From an uncultured Chloroflexia bacterium (GTDB lineage Bacteria > Chloroflexota > Limnocylindria > Limnocylindrales > CSP1-4), in contig CAVQIH010000008.1 in the NCBI GenBank assembly GCA_963712585.1, forward strand, positions 134,585 to 198,584: DNA of 64,000 bases. The letters run 5' to 3'. Below the pieces are notes generated by a model that was not told where the DNA came from, made no database searches, and saw only the letters and a program-made list of their open reading frames with translations. A program made the translations under genes and the position numbers. Of this stretch, positions 1-8,935 are shown in pieces (within the stretch, counting starts at the first letter, position 1; every line of letters starts with the position of its first letter).

Positions 1-902
1 CGGCCTAGCCGCGGTCGGGATCCTCATCATGGCCTACGGGGTGGCCGGGCGCGCACCGGCCGACCCGGTACAGGCACGCCTCACCCAGCTCGGCTCGATG
101 CAGGCGAGGAACCTCGAGGAGATCGAGCTCCAGCAGCCGTTCCTCGAGCGAACGCTGCGTCCGCTGGCCGGACGCCTATCGGGTCGCCTGAGCCGCATCG
201 CCACGGCCTCGTTCACTCAGCAGACCGAGAAACGGCTGGCGATGGCCGGCAACCCGGGCGACATGCGGGTCAGCGACTGGCTGGGCGTGAAGGCCGTTTC
301 GGCGGTCGCCTTTGGGGCGGCTGCGTTCTTGCTCTTCACGTTCGCTCCTGGGGACGGGCCCAGGGCTGGGGCTGCTCTTGGCGGCCGCCGGGCTGATCAT
401 CGGCTACATCGCCCCCGAGTTCTGGCTGGGGCGGCGAGTTCGGGCTCGCCAGAAGTCGATCCTCCTCCAGATCCCCGACGCGCTCGACCTGCTGACGATC
501 TCGGTGCGGGCCGGTCTCGGCTTCGACGCCGCCCTGGCGAAGGTCGTCGAGAAGCTCCACGGCCCCCTGACCGAGGAATTCCGCCGGGCGTTGGCGGAGA
601 TCCGGATGGGCAAGACTCGCCGCGAGGCCCTGCGCGACATCGTGCCCCGCACCGAGGTCCTCGCCCTGACCAACTTCATCGGGGCGATCATCCAGGCCGA
701 GCAGCTGGGCGTCTCGATCTCCAAGGTCCTCCAGGTGCAGTCCGAGCAGCTGCGGATCGAGCGTCGCCAGCGCGCCGAGGAGATGGCCGCACGCGCGCCG
801 ATCAAGATGCTGTTCCCCCTCGTCGGCTGCATCTTTCCCTCGCTCTTCATCGTCATCCTCGGCCCGGCGATCATCTTGATCATCCAGAACCTCCACGTCT
901 GA
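1..902 (+). pseudogene. tadC: TadC / type II secretion F-family pilus-assembly membrane protein, 5'-partial, reading frame broken near 346-350 as assembled
   Basis: The gene is open from the window edge in the frame of ORF 29..1354 (QQPFLERTLRPLAGRL...LAMAGNPGDMRVSDWLGVKAVSAVAFGAAAFLLFTFA). The conserved T2SS-F core (LLQIPDALDLLTISVRAGLGFDAALAKVVEKL..., C-terminal TM helices) continues in the frame of ORF 312..902. Skipping one base after TTC GCT joins the two parts. Confidence 0.7.
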
Positions 903-911
903 AGGCTGCGG

Positions 912-1277
912 GTGGCGGCCGCTCGCAACGCGACCCGGGGGACGGTCATCGCCAGCGACCTCGAGATCGCCGACTCGTTCTGGGGGCGTTTCCGCGGCCT
1001 GATGGGCCGCGGCCGGCTCCTTGCGGACGGAGGCCTGTGGCTGCCCGGCGACAGCAGCATCCACATGCTGTTCATGCGGTTCCCGATCGACTGCATATTC
1101 CTCGGCGTGCCGGCGTCCGATGGAAGGCGGCCCGTCGTGGGGCTGCGGCGGGCGCTCCCTCCCTGGCGAGGCGTCGTCTGGCACGTGCGGGGCGGCAGGG
1201 GGGTGATCGAGCTGCCAGTGGGGGCAATCGAGCGGTCAGGCACCCAGATCGGGGACACGGTCGAGATCGCCGGCTAA
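912..1277 (+). CDS. DUF192 (COG1430) domain protein
   Basis: 121-aa ORF with GTG start 9 nt after the tadC stop. Sequence IADSFWGRFRGLMGR...SSIHMLFMRFPIDCIFL...GVIELPVGAIERSGTQIGD fits the DUF192 pattern as I recall it. Confidence 0.65.
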   Translation: MAAARNATRGTVIASDLEIADSFWGRFRGLMGRGRLLADGGLWLPGDSSIHMLFMRFPIDCIFLGVPASDGRRPVVGLRRALPPWRGVVWHVRGGRGVIELPVGAIERSGTQIGDTVEIAG

Positions 1278-1377
1278 GGGTGGCGCACGACGCAGCAGGT
1301 GGGCCGGTGACGAGGGGTAGAGCGACTGCGAAGCGCCCGCTGACGGGCCGGTGAGCGACACCTGAGATGGTCGAGCT

Positions 1378-2128
1378 ATGCAGATCGCAGCCGAGGACTC
1401 GCCTGGCGGGCACTCGGGCCACGTAGTCCCCGCAGAAGGGTCCTCCCCGACCGTCCTGGGCCACGTGTTCGGACGCCTGGTCGACGCCGCGCTCCCTGCG
1501 AGATGTCCCGGATGTGGCCTCGAGGGCGAGCCGATCTGCAGGGCCTGCCGCCCGTCGCTCTACCGGCGGTCCGATGCCCCGATCGGCACCCCCATCGGGC
1601 TCCCGTCAACCACGCCGCTGCCGCTCCTCCAGCTCGAGTGGGCAGCGCCCTTCGAGGGTCTCGCCAGGCGGGCCATCCACGCCCTGAAGTACGGCGGCGA
1701 ACGGCGGATCGCTGGCACCCCTGGCTGACGCGGCGGCAGCCCGCTGGCGATTCGCCGGCGTCGGGGGCGAGCTTCTGGTCCCAGTTCCTGTCCATGCCGA
1801 GCGGCGACGCGAGCGCGGCTTCGACCAGGCAGCGCTGCTCGCGGCTGCGCTGGCGCCTCGCCTGGGCCTGCCCATGTCGCCCATCCTGGTGCGGAGCCGT
1901 GCGACGCTGGCGCAGTATCGCCTCGGTCGGGAACGCCGGGCGGCCAACGTGGCCGGCGCTTTCAAGGTCTCCCCGGCCCTCGGCCACTCCCAACCGCTGG
2001 CCGGGCGGTGGTGCATCCTCGTCGACGACGTGGTGACAAGCGGTGCCACGCTGGCCGCGTGTGCCGAGGTCCTTCTCGCTGCCGGAGCACGAGGCGTCTC
2101 CGCGTTGACCGTTGCCCGGGAGCGATGA
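1378..2128 (+). pseudogene. comF: ComF-family phosphoribosyltransferase, one frame break near 1705-1712 as assembled
   Basis: The N-terminal zinc-finger part (CPGCG...CRACRPSL...ALKYGGERRIA) in ORF 1378..1728 runs into a stop. One frame over, LAPLADAAAARW...LLVPVPVHAERRRERGFDQAALLA...NVAGAFKV...ILVDDVVTSGATLAACAEVL reads through to TGA 2126-2128. Confidence 0.75.
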
Positions 2129-2173
2129 TCCTCCGGCCATGGCGCGCCGGGAGGGCGCCGGATCGAGTGGGGA

Positions 2174-2179
2174 TATACT
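2174..2179 (+). promoter_or_regulatory. candidate -10 hexamer TATACT for hpf
   Basis: An AT-rich TATACT hexamer lies in the comF-hpf spacer of a GC-rich genome. It is followed by a 14-nt perfect palindrome TGACGGATCCGTCA (2188-2201). There is no convincing -35. Confidence 0.3.
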
Positions 2180-2269
2180 CGGAGGCGTGACGGATCCGTC
2201 AGCCCTCTGGGCGCGCGCCGGTCTCCCGTTCGGGGACGGCGCGCGTTCGGCGTTTCAGGGAGGTCATCC

Positions 2270-2854
2270 GTGAGGACCATCGTCAAGGGCAAGAACATCG
2301 ACGTGCCTGAGCGTGTCCGACGGTATGCCGAGAAGCGCCTCCGACGACTGGAACGCCTCCTCGACGATCGAAGCGACGCCATCGTCGAGCTCTCGACCGA
2401 GCAGCATCGCAGCGCCGATGATTCCCACATCGTCGAGGTCACCCTGGTCATCGACGGCCAGACGCTCCGCGGTCGAGCTGCCGGGCCGACCCACGAGGCC
2501 GGGATCGACGTGGTCGTCGACAAGATCGAGCGACGCGCCGTGGACCACAAGGAGAAGCCTCGCGTCCGTTCCCGCCCCCAGGAAGAGAAGCAGCTCCTCT
2601 CCCGGCTCGCCGACGGGACAGCCGAACCGGCCCGGGAGCCCCGGGTGGTCAAGACGAAGCAATTCGGCATCGTGCCGATGTTCGAAGAGGATGCCATCGC
2701 CGAGATGGAGGATCTCGGCCACGACTTCTTCATCTTCGTCAACGCCGAGACCGAGCGGATCAACATCCTCTACAGGCGCGACGACGGCGACTACGGCGTG
2801 ATCGAGCCGGTCGTCGGCGGCGTCTACACGAAGGGCAAACTCAACCGCAACTGA
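2270..2854 (+). CDS. hpf: ribosome hibernation promoting factor (long HPF)
   Basis: 194 aa. The N-terminal RaiA/S30AE domain begins MRTIVKGKNIDVPERVRRYAEKRL. The C-terminal long-HPF domain reads FGIVPMFEEDAIAEMEDLGHDFFIFVNAETERINILYRR. GTG start with CAGGGAGG 6 nt upstream. Confidence 0.9.
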   Translation: MRTIVKGKNIDVPERVRRYAEKRLRRLERLLDDRSDAIVELSTEQHRSADDSHIVEVTLVIDGQTLRGRAAGPTHEAGIDVVVDKIERRAVDHKEKPRVRSRPQEEKQLLSRLADGTAEPAREPRVVKTKQFGIVPMFEEDAIAEMEDLGHDFFIFVNAETERINILYRRDDGDYGVIEPVVGGVYTKGKLNRN

Positions 2855-2902
2855 GGCGGCAGGCCAGCTGGCGCCCCAGCTGCCCGTCTCAGGGGCCCCG
2901 AC

Positions 2903-3490
2903 TCAGCTGCCGGACTGGCCCGCGGTGCGGCGGTAGATCCCGCCTTCGCGGGTCATGAGCCCGGCTTCCACCAGGTAGCGTCGCAACGCCGCGACATCCG
3001 GATGGAGCAGGGCCAGGCGCTGGTTGACCTCCTTCTCGGCGTAGGCACGGTCATCCGGGAAGCAGCGCTCGCGCAGGTAGCGCAGCACGACGAGGCGCTT
3101 CTTCTCCTGGGCCGGAATGCTCTCCAGGCGCCCGCCGATGATGAAGCCCCGCAGGACCTTGGCGTCAAACGGGGGAACGGGCTCGCCGTCCGGGCCCGTT
3201 CCGATCGTCGGTTGAGGCGCCGATCGCTCCACCTCGTCGAGCTGTCGGCCAACATCGTGGAGGCGCCCCAGCCTGAGCGAGTACTCGACGTACGGGTGCC
3301 GCGGCCGAGCCTCGACGAGGCCGGCGGCGGCAAGGCGCTTGAGGTGATGAACCACCGTACCGGGCGAGAGTGCCAGTTCGGCGGCCAGCTCCTCGACCGC
3401 CATCGGGCGGCCGGCCAGGAGGCCCACGATCCGCAGTCGCGACGCGTCGGACAAGGCCTTGAGGGTGGTCAGCAACTCCGGGTCCATCAC
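2903..3490 (-). CDS. ArsR-family HTH regulator with C-terminal DUF2087 domain
   Basis: The N-terminus LKALSDASRLRIVGLLAGRPMAVEELAAELALSPGTVVHHLKRLAAAGLV is a typical ArsR winged helix. The C-terminus (IPAQEKKRLVVLRYLRERCF...VNQRLALLHPDVAALRRYLVE) resembles DUF2087. The start is GTG 3490 or ATG 3487. Confidence 0.75.
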   Translation of the reverse strand: MMDPELLTTLKALSDASRLRIVGLLAGRPMAVEELAAELALSPGTVVHHLKRLAAAGLVEARPRHPYVEYSLRLGRLHDVGRQLDEVERSAPQPTIGTGPDGEPVPPFDAKVLRGFIIGGRLESIPAQEKKRLVVLRYLRERCFPDDRAYAEKEVNQRLALLHPDVAALRRYLVEAGLMTREGGIYRRTAGQSGS

Positions 3491-3505
3491 CGCATCGTGG
3501 ACGAT

Positions 3506-3525
3506 GATTTGACAAGCGTCAAATC
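3506..3525. promoter_or_regulatory. AT-rich perfect inverted repeat GATTTGAC-AAGC-GTCAAATC, probable operator of the ArsR/DUF2087 regulator
   Basis: 8-bp arms with a 4-bp spacer, 16 nt upstream of the regulator start, in the divergent spacer to nfo. It overlaps TTGACA and TTGACG -35-like hexamers. Confidence 0.45.
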
Positions 3526-3632
3526 ACGGCCACGTTGACGACGCCTACGGTAGGATTCCGGGGCCTGCCGGACGGCGTGCCGACCGGTCCGTTCACGACC
3601 AGCCCCCATCGTCGCCAGACGAGGCTGCAGGG

Positions 3633-4676
3633 ATGCCGACCCTCTTCCGCAAGCCGTCCCGCGATCGTCACCTCGAGGCGACCGCGCCACGCCGGCAGGC
3701 CGACACGCCCACGCGGCTTCCGGATGGCCGGCCGCTCGGGGCTCACCTGCCCCTCGGGGGCGGGATGGTCAAGGCCGTCGACCGGATCGTCGCCATCGGC
3801 GGCAGCGCCCTGCAGGTCTTCAGCGACAACCCGACGGCCTGGCGCCGGCGGGCGGCACCGCCGGCGGAGCTGCCCGCCTTCCGGGCGCGCCTCGTCGAGT
3901 GTGGCGTGGGACCGGTGGCCATCCATGCCGCGTACCTGGTGAACCTCGCCGGGCCGGACCCCGAGCTGTTCGAGCGGTCGATCTCGGTGCTCGCCAGCGA
4001 GCTTGGCGTTGCCGGGGGTTTCGGAGCGTCGCTGGTCAACGTCCACGTCGGATCCCACCGGTGCACCGGAGTCCGAGCTGGGGTCTTGCGGGTGGCCGAA
4101 GGGCTTGGCCGCGTCCTTGGCGCGGTGGAGGGCGGCCCGCATTCGGCGCAACTCGTGCTCGAGAACTCGTCGGGTGGTGGGTTCGCCGTCGGGGCGACCG
4201 TCGAGGAGCTGACAGAGGTCCTCGAGGCCACGGCGGCTCGTGGGGTCGACCTCCGGCGGGTCGGAATCTGCCTCGACACGGCTCATCTCTGGGGCGCCGG
4301 GTATGACCTCTCCGATCCGGACGCCATCGACGTGCTCCTGGCTCGGGCGGAGGCACTCCTCGGGCACGGCCGGATCGCGATGGTCCATCTCAACGACTCG
4401 AAGGCTGAGCTCGGCTCCCGGGCCGACCGGCACGAGCACTTGGGCGCGGGCCGCATCGGCCAGCACGGTCTGCGACGCCTGCTCTCGCACCCGGCGTTGG
4501 CTGCGGTCCCCTACTACCTCGAGACTCCCGGGATGGACGAGGGTTTCGACGCGACCAACGTGGAGCGCGCTCTGCGGATCGCGGCGGGCCTGTCGGTTGC
4601 TCCCCTGCCACGCTCGGCGCGCGCGGTGCGTGGGTCGCGGGCCCGCACGCCACCCCCCGACGACCCTTCGCCGTGA
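3633..4676 (+). CDS. nfo: deoxyribonuclease IV (endonuclease IV)
   Basis: LGAHLPLGGG...ALQVFSDNPTAWRRR...AIHAAYLVNLAGPD...VNVHVGSH...LVLENSSGGG...ICLDTAHLWGAGYD...MVHLNDSKAELGSRADRHEHLGAGRIG matches the Nfo metal-ligand blocks. ATG 3633 is the only canonical start upstream of the domain. Confidence 0.85.
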   Translation: MPTLFRKPSRDRHLEATAPRRQADTPTRLPDGRPLGAHLPLGGGMVKAVDRIVAIGGSALQVFSDNPTAWRRRAAPPAELPAFRARLVECGVGPVAIHAAYLVNLAGPDPELFERSISVLASELGVAGGFGASLVNVHVGSHRCTGVRAGVLRVAEGLGRVLGAVEGGPHSAQLVLENSSGGGFAVGATVEELTEVLEATAARGVDLRRVGICLDTAHLWGAGYDLSDPDAIDVLLARAEALLGHGRIAMVHLNDSKAELGSRADRHEHLGAGRIGQHGLRRLLSHPALAAVPYYLETPGMDEGFDATNVERALRIAAGLSVAPLPRSARAVRGSRARTPPPDDPSP

Positions 4677-6214
4677 CCGCCCTGCTGGGGGACCGCGACC
4701 GCTGGCAGAGGCATGGCGATCTCCTCATCGTTGCCGGCCTGCTCGTCCTCGCCGCCGCGCTCCGCTTCGGCGGGTTGGACGGTCGGGGCACCTGGGATGC
4801 CGACCAGGGCCACGACATGCTGGTGTTGCGCGGACTCGTCCGTGACGGAACGATCCCGCTCCTGGGCCCACCGACCTCCATCGGCGATTTCCACCACGGC
4901 GCCCTCTACTACTACCTGCTCGGGCCCGCGGCCGCGCTCGGAGGCGGGGACGAGCCTCTGACGGTGGTCGGGGCGATCGCCGCGATGGGCGTGGCTGCCG
5001 TCGGGGTGACGTGGTGGCTGGCCCGCGCGATCGGCGGTTCGTGGGCGGGAGTCATAGCCGGGCTCCTCATGGCCGTCTCCGCGACGTCGATCAACGAATC
5101 GACCTTCATCTGGAACCCGAACCTGATCCCCCTCTCGAGCGCGATTGCCCTCTCGGGCGCGTGGCAAGCCTGGCGCTCGCGCCGACCGCGCTGGTGGCTC
5201 GTCGCCGCGGCGGGGCAGCTCGTCACGATGCAGAGCCACGTGCTGGGGTCGGTGCTGCTCCCCGGCCTCGCCTTGCTCTGGGCCGCCGACCTCAGGCGAC
5301 GCCGGGGTATGTCCCACGATCAGGGGCGGACCGCCGATCCCGGACGCCGGGCCGTCGTCCTCGCCGGGCTCGGTGCAGTGGCGTTGCTAGCCCTGGGCTG
5401 GCTCCCTCTCGCCGTCCACGAGCTGACCCATGACTTCTCGGAGAGCCGCGCCGCCGCCGACTTCGTCCTCCACGGCGGAGTCCCGGTCGCGCTTGATCCG
5501 CTGACCCGCCTCGCCTTCGTCGCCCTCCGGATCCTGGCCTGGCCGTTCACCGGCCTGGTAACTGACGCGCCGGGGGCAGCGGTCCTCGGAGTGACCTCAT
5601 TGACGGTCGTGGTCGCCTGGCGGTTGCGGGAGGCAGTGACCCCCGAGCGAGAGGCGATCGGCTGGCTTGGCGCGACGGTGGGGCTGGGCATCCTCCTCCT
5701 GGGGTTCGGCGTGGCCGGCTTGACGACGGTGACCCCGCTGCCAGTCGATCACTACCACGCCTTCCTCGATCCGGCGCTCTTCGTCGTCGCGGGCGTCGGC
5801 ACGGCGGCGCTCATCGCACGCGGGGCGGTGGGGCGACTGCTGGCCCTGGTGGGGGTGGGAGCGGCGCTCTCCTTCAACGTCGCGACCTGGCCGCTGCCGG
5901 TGGCGTCCGATGGAGGCTGGCCCGCCGCGCAGGCCGCTGCCGCCCGGATCGGGACATCGATCGGCGATCGACCCACTGCGCTCGTCAGCCTGCCCGTCTT
6001 CAAGACCCCCGAGGCGTACGCCTACCCGCTCGTGCGAGATGGGCGCCGGCTGGTCGAGCCGGCAGAGGCGCCTGCGCGCATCGTGGTCATCTGCGACGCC
6101 CTGTTCGTGACCGATTGCGGGGGGCCCGCCGAGCGCACCGTCTCGGACTGGCCGGTCCTCGATCGCTTCGCCGCGGCCCCCGGGAGAACCGTGACCGTGC
6201 TTGGCCCACCATAG
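4673..6214 (+). CDS. polytopic membrane glycosyltransferase, GT39/ArnT-like
   Basis: 513 aa with many TM helices. The N-terminal pattern LVLAAALRFGGL...WDADQGHDMLVLRGL...HHGALYYYLLGP is typical of ArnT/PMT-like enzymes. GTGA overlap with the nfo stop. Confidence 0.5.
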   Translation: MTALLGDRDRWQRHGDLLIVAGLLVLAAALRFGGLDGRGTWDADQGHDMLVLRGLVRDGTIPLLGPPTSIGDFHHGALYYYLLGPAAALGGGDEPLTVVGAIAAMGVAAVGVTWWLARAIGGSWAGVIAGLLMAVSATSINESTFIWNPNLIPLSSAIALSGAWQAWRSRRPRWWLVAAAGQLVTMQSHVLGSVLLPGLALLWAADLRRRRGMSHDQGRTADPGRRAVVLAGLGAVALLALGWLPLAVHELTHDFSESRAAADFVLHGGVPVALDPLTRLAFVALRILAWPFTGLVTDAPGAAVLGVTSLTVVVAWRLREAVTPEREAIGWLGATVGLGILLLGFGVAGLTTVTPLPVDHYHAFLDPALFVVAGVGTAALIARGAVGRLLALVGVGAALSFNVATWPLPVASDGGWPAAQAAAARIGTSIGDRPTALVSLPVFKTPEAYAYPLVRDGRRLVEPAEAPARIVVICDALFVTDCGGPAERTVSDWPVLDRFAAAPGRTVTVLGPP

Positions 6215-6244
6215 GGAGTGGCGTGGGGTCGCGACCGGGGAACC

Positions 6245-6275
6245 AGAACGCCGGTCCGCGGCGGACCGGCGTTCT
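6245..6275. terminator. GC-rich hairpin between convergent genes
   Basis: AGAACGCCGGTCC-GCGGC-GGACCGGCGTTCT forms a 13-bp perfect stem. It lies 30 nt after the glycosyltransferase stop and 60 nt after the XRE gene stop. There is no U tract. Confidence 0.5.
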
Positions 6276-6337
6276 GTCTGCTCGCTGACCTGAGGTGGAG
6301 GAGGAAACCTCGGGTCAGCTCCCGGAGCTAGGCGTGA

Positions 6338-6877
6338 TCAAGATCGGTCCCCCGGACGACGACCGCCGATCGCGGCAGCGCCCCGTCCGTCCCGGCGCAG
6401 CTCGTGGCGGCCCGGCGCCAGGACAGGGCGAACCGAAGCGTCGGGACGGCCCATGCCGCCACTCGCGGCACTTGGCCGTGGCGGAAGGCTAGCCAGCGCA
6501 CCGGGGGCGGCCGCGGAACGCCGGAGCCGGCGAACCCGGGCGGCGAGGTAGAGCTCCATCACCTGGCGGACATCCGCTTCGGTCAGGGTTTCGTCGGAGC
6601 GAAGCGCGTACTCGACGCGGGCGGTCGGGTTGGTCGGCCCGGAAGAGACGAGGCCGAGGTACTGTGGGGCCTCGGCGTCGTCGCGGATCTCCCGCAAGCC
6701 GCGGGCGAGCTTGGTCGCTGTGCCGAGCGAGGGCGTCCGGTCGCCGCGGACGAGCCGCGAGATCGTGGAGTGGTCGACGCCGGACTGCTGGGCGAGCTGG
6801 CGCTGGGACATCTTCTTGGCCCGCAGCTGCGCTCGAAGCCATTCGTTGAACGGTCGTCCGCTCTGTCCGGACATCAT
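6338..6877 (-). CDS. XRE-family helix-turn-helix transcriptional regulator
   Basis: MMSGQSGRPFNEWLRAQLRAKKMSQRQLAQQSGVDHSTISRLVRGDRTPSLGTATKLARGL is a classic HTH_3 motif. GAGAGG lies 9 nt upstream of the ATG at 6877. The C-terminal 70 aa are low complexity, so the stop position is less certain. Confidence 0.65.
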   Translation of the reverse strand: MMSGQSGRPFNEWLRAQLRAKKMSQRQLAQQSGVDHSTISRLVRGDRTPSLGTATKLARGLREIRDDAEAPQYLGLVSSGPTNPTARVEYALRSDETLTEADVRQVMELYLAARVRRLRRSAAAPGALASLPPRPSAASGGMGRPDASVRPVLAPGRHELRRDGRGAAAIGGRRPGDRS

Positions 6878-7061
6878 CTCAAAGGGCCTCTCGTGGGTCG
6901 CGATTCCGATCGGCGATGCTCGAACTATCAGGGGCCCGGGCGCACCACCGATATGGCCCGTTGGTACCGCCGTGCGGCCGCCGGTCGGGGGACCTCTGAG
7001 CACGGTTCCAGGCCGCCGGCACCTCGCCACCCGGGCGCTCGAGACCGGACCGGACGGTCGC

Positions 7062-8213
7062 TCAGGAGGCGCTCGGGCGGGCCCCCGTGGGCGCTCGGAT
7101 CCCGGCGCCGCGGCGCTTCGGCGAGACCGCGTAGGCCGCGCTGCCCAGGACGATGATGGAGAGGACGCTCAGGGCGCGATCGACCAGGGTTATGGTCAAC
7201 GCCTCGGTCACCGAAACCCCATAGATCGTGGTCAGGATGCCGACGACCCCCGCCTCGACGAAGCCGAGGCCGGCGGGCGTCAGCGGGACGGCCGTCAACA
7301 GCGAGCCGGTGAGCGCCACGAAGAAGGCGCCGCTGATCCCGAGGTGAACGTCGGGCAGGCCGAGCGCCTCGACCACGAGGTAGAGGCGGACGGCTTCGGT
7401 GGCCCAGATCGCGCCCGTGATGACCCCCAGGAGGGGCAGCGCTCGCAGTCCGATCGAAGAGAAGACACCGTCCTCGAAGCGGTCGTAGAACTCCAGCACC
7501 TGGGGCGGGAGCGGCAGGCGGTCGAGGACCCGGCGTCCGAAGTTGCGCAGGGTGAACAGCCCCAGGGCCAGCAGGATGACCAGCCCCACGCCGATGGCAA
7601 AGACGATCTGGACATCCGCGGGGAGACCGGTCCGGAAGCTGACGAAGCCGGCGGCCAGGCCCAGCACCACGATGGCGAAGAGGTCGAAGATGCGCTCGAT
7701 GAAGACCGTCCCGAAGGTCCGGCTGAGCGACACGTCCGTGTTGATCTTGAGCAGATAGGCCCGGTAGACGTCGCCCAGCTTGGCCGGCACGAGGCAGTTG
7801 ACGAGCCAGGAGAGGAAGATGATCTCGGTGCCGTCGCGAATCCTGATCCGCGAGCCGGTGCCGCGCAGGAGGAGCGTCCAGCGCCAGCCTCGCAAGGGGA
7901 AACCGGCGTAGTAGACGGCGAAAGCAAGCAGCAAGAGGAACCCGTTCGCGGCCAGGACGTAGTCGGGTAGCCTGTCGAGCTGGAAGCCCGGCAGGGCCTG
8001 CAGGAAGAGGACGAGCAGGACCAGGGGCAGCAGGATCGACACGACCGTCCGCGGCTGTCGCAGCCGTCGCCCCAGCGAGAGCTGCTCGGCGGTGATCTCC
8101 CCTTCCCCGCCGTGTCCGGCGGGTCGACGATCCACCTCGTTCAGGAGCGGGAGATCCTGAGTACCCGCAGCGGGCGGCGGTTCGCCGGCATCCGGGCGGG
8201 GCGGTTCGGTCAT
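7062..8213 (-). CDS. UPF0104 / lysylphosphatidylglycerol-synthase-TM-like (flippase-like) membrane protein
   Basis: 383 aa with multiple TM helices. The motif LSWLVNCLVPAKLGDVYRAYLLK...FIERIFDLFAIVVLG...PLTPAGLGFVEAGVVG is typical of this family. The start is chosen at MTEPPRP (ATG 8213), just after the PHP gene stop. Confidence 0.55.
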   Translation of the reverse strand: MTEPPRPDAGEPPPAAGTQDLPLLNEVDRRPAGHGGEGEITAEQLSLGRRLRQPRTVVSILLPLVLLVLFLQALPGFQLDRLPDYVLAANGFLLLLAFAVYYAGFPLRGWRWTLLLRGTGSRIRIRDGTEIIFLSWLVNCLVPAKLGDVYRAYLLKINTDVSLSRTFGTVFIERIFDLFAIVVLGLAAGFVSFRTGLPADVQIVFAIGVGLVILLALGLFTLRNFGRRVLDRLPLPPQVLEFYDRFEDGVFSSIGLRALPLLGVITGAIWATEAVRLYLVVEALGLPDVHLGISGAFFVALTGSLLTAVPLTPAGLGFVEAGVVGILTTIYGVSVTEALTITLVDRALSVLSIIVLGSAAYAVSPKRRGAGIRAPTGARPSAS

Positions 8214-8226
8214 TCCCGGAAGTCTC

Positions 8227-8931
8227 TCACGTCCGGGGTGGCACGCGACGGACGCCGTGGAGACGCTGGATAGCCTTGGCCAGCGGCGTCGCCGCCCGCA
8301 CGAAGTAGGAGGCGCGCCCCGTCGAGAGTTCCCCGGTCTGGAGGGCGGCGAGGAGCCCCGCCGGCGTGGCCGGATCGCCACGCACAATCGTCGAGGCGAC
8401 GCCGACCTCGAGGAGCGTGTGGGCGTCCGAGACGGCCACGCCGGGCAGACCGTGCTCGCGGGCAAACCGCGCCGCGTCTTCGTTGCCCTCGCGGCTCACC
8501 ACCCGGGCATTCCACGCCTCGACCCAATCAACGAGCGCCGCCATCGAGGCCAACCCCTCGTCGCGCAGCAGCGAGTTCCTGAAGCGGTCGAACGGATGGG
8601 GGATGCCCACCAGGCCGCCCTGCTCGCGAGCGGCGGCAACGGTCTCGGCGACCGAGAGGCCCGGCGGAATCGGCCGCTCTAGGAAGACACAGATCAGGTC
8701 ACCGGCAGCCGTCTTGACCTCCTCGCCGACGATGACGACGAGCCCGGCCGGAGCGTGCTCGCGGGCCTCCAGGGCGCCGTCGATCCGGTCGTGATCGGTG
8801 ATCGCGAGGTGGCTCAGGCCGCGGGCGTGGGCGAGGCGGACGACCTCGCGGGGGGACGACAGCGAGTCGAAGCTGGCCCGTGTATGGCAGTGCAGGTCGA
8901 CGAACGCGCGCGGGCTATCCCCGCCGGGCAC
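8227..8931 (-). CDS. PHP-domain metal-dependent phosphoesterase
   Basis: FVDLHCHTRASFDS...LAITDHDRIDGA...GIPHPFD...AVSDAH carries the His/Asp PHP motifs. Confidence 0.75.
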   Translation of the reverse strand: MPGGDSPRAFVDLHCHTRASFDSLSSPREVVRLAHARGLSHLAITDHDRIDGALEAREHAPAGLVVIVGEEVKTAAGDLICVFLERPIPPGLSVAETVAAAREQGGLVGIPHPFDRFRNSLLRDEGLASMAALVDWVEAWNARVVSREGNEDAARFAREHGLPGVAVSDAHTLLEVGVASTIVRGDPATPAGLLAALQTGELSTGRASYFVRAATPLAKAIQRLHGVRRVPPRT

Positions 8932-8935
8932 CTTG

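Noticed and set aside
29-1354. 441-aa ORF spanning tadC and the DUF192 gene.
   Set aside because: Only its first about 105 codons are real (the tadC N-terminus). After the frame break near 346-350 it is out of frame with the conserved T2SS-F core and reads as Arg/Pro/Gly junk.
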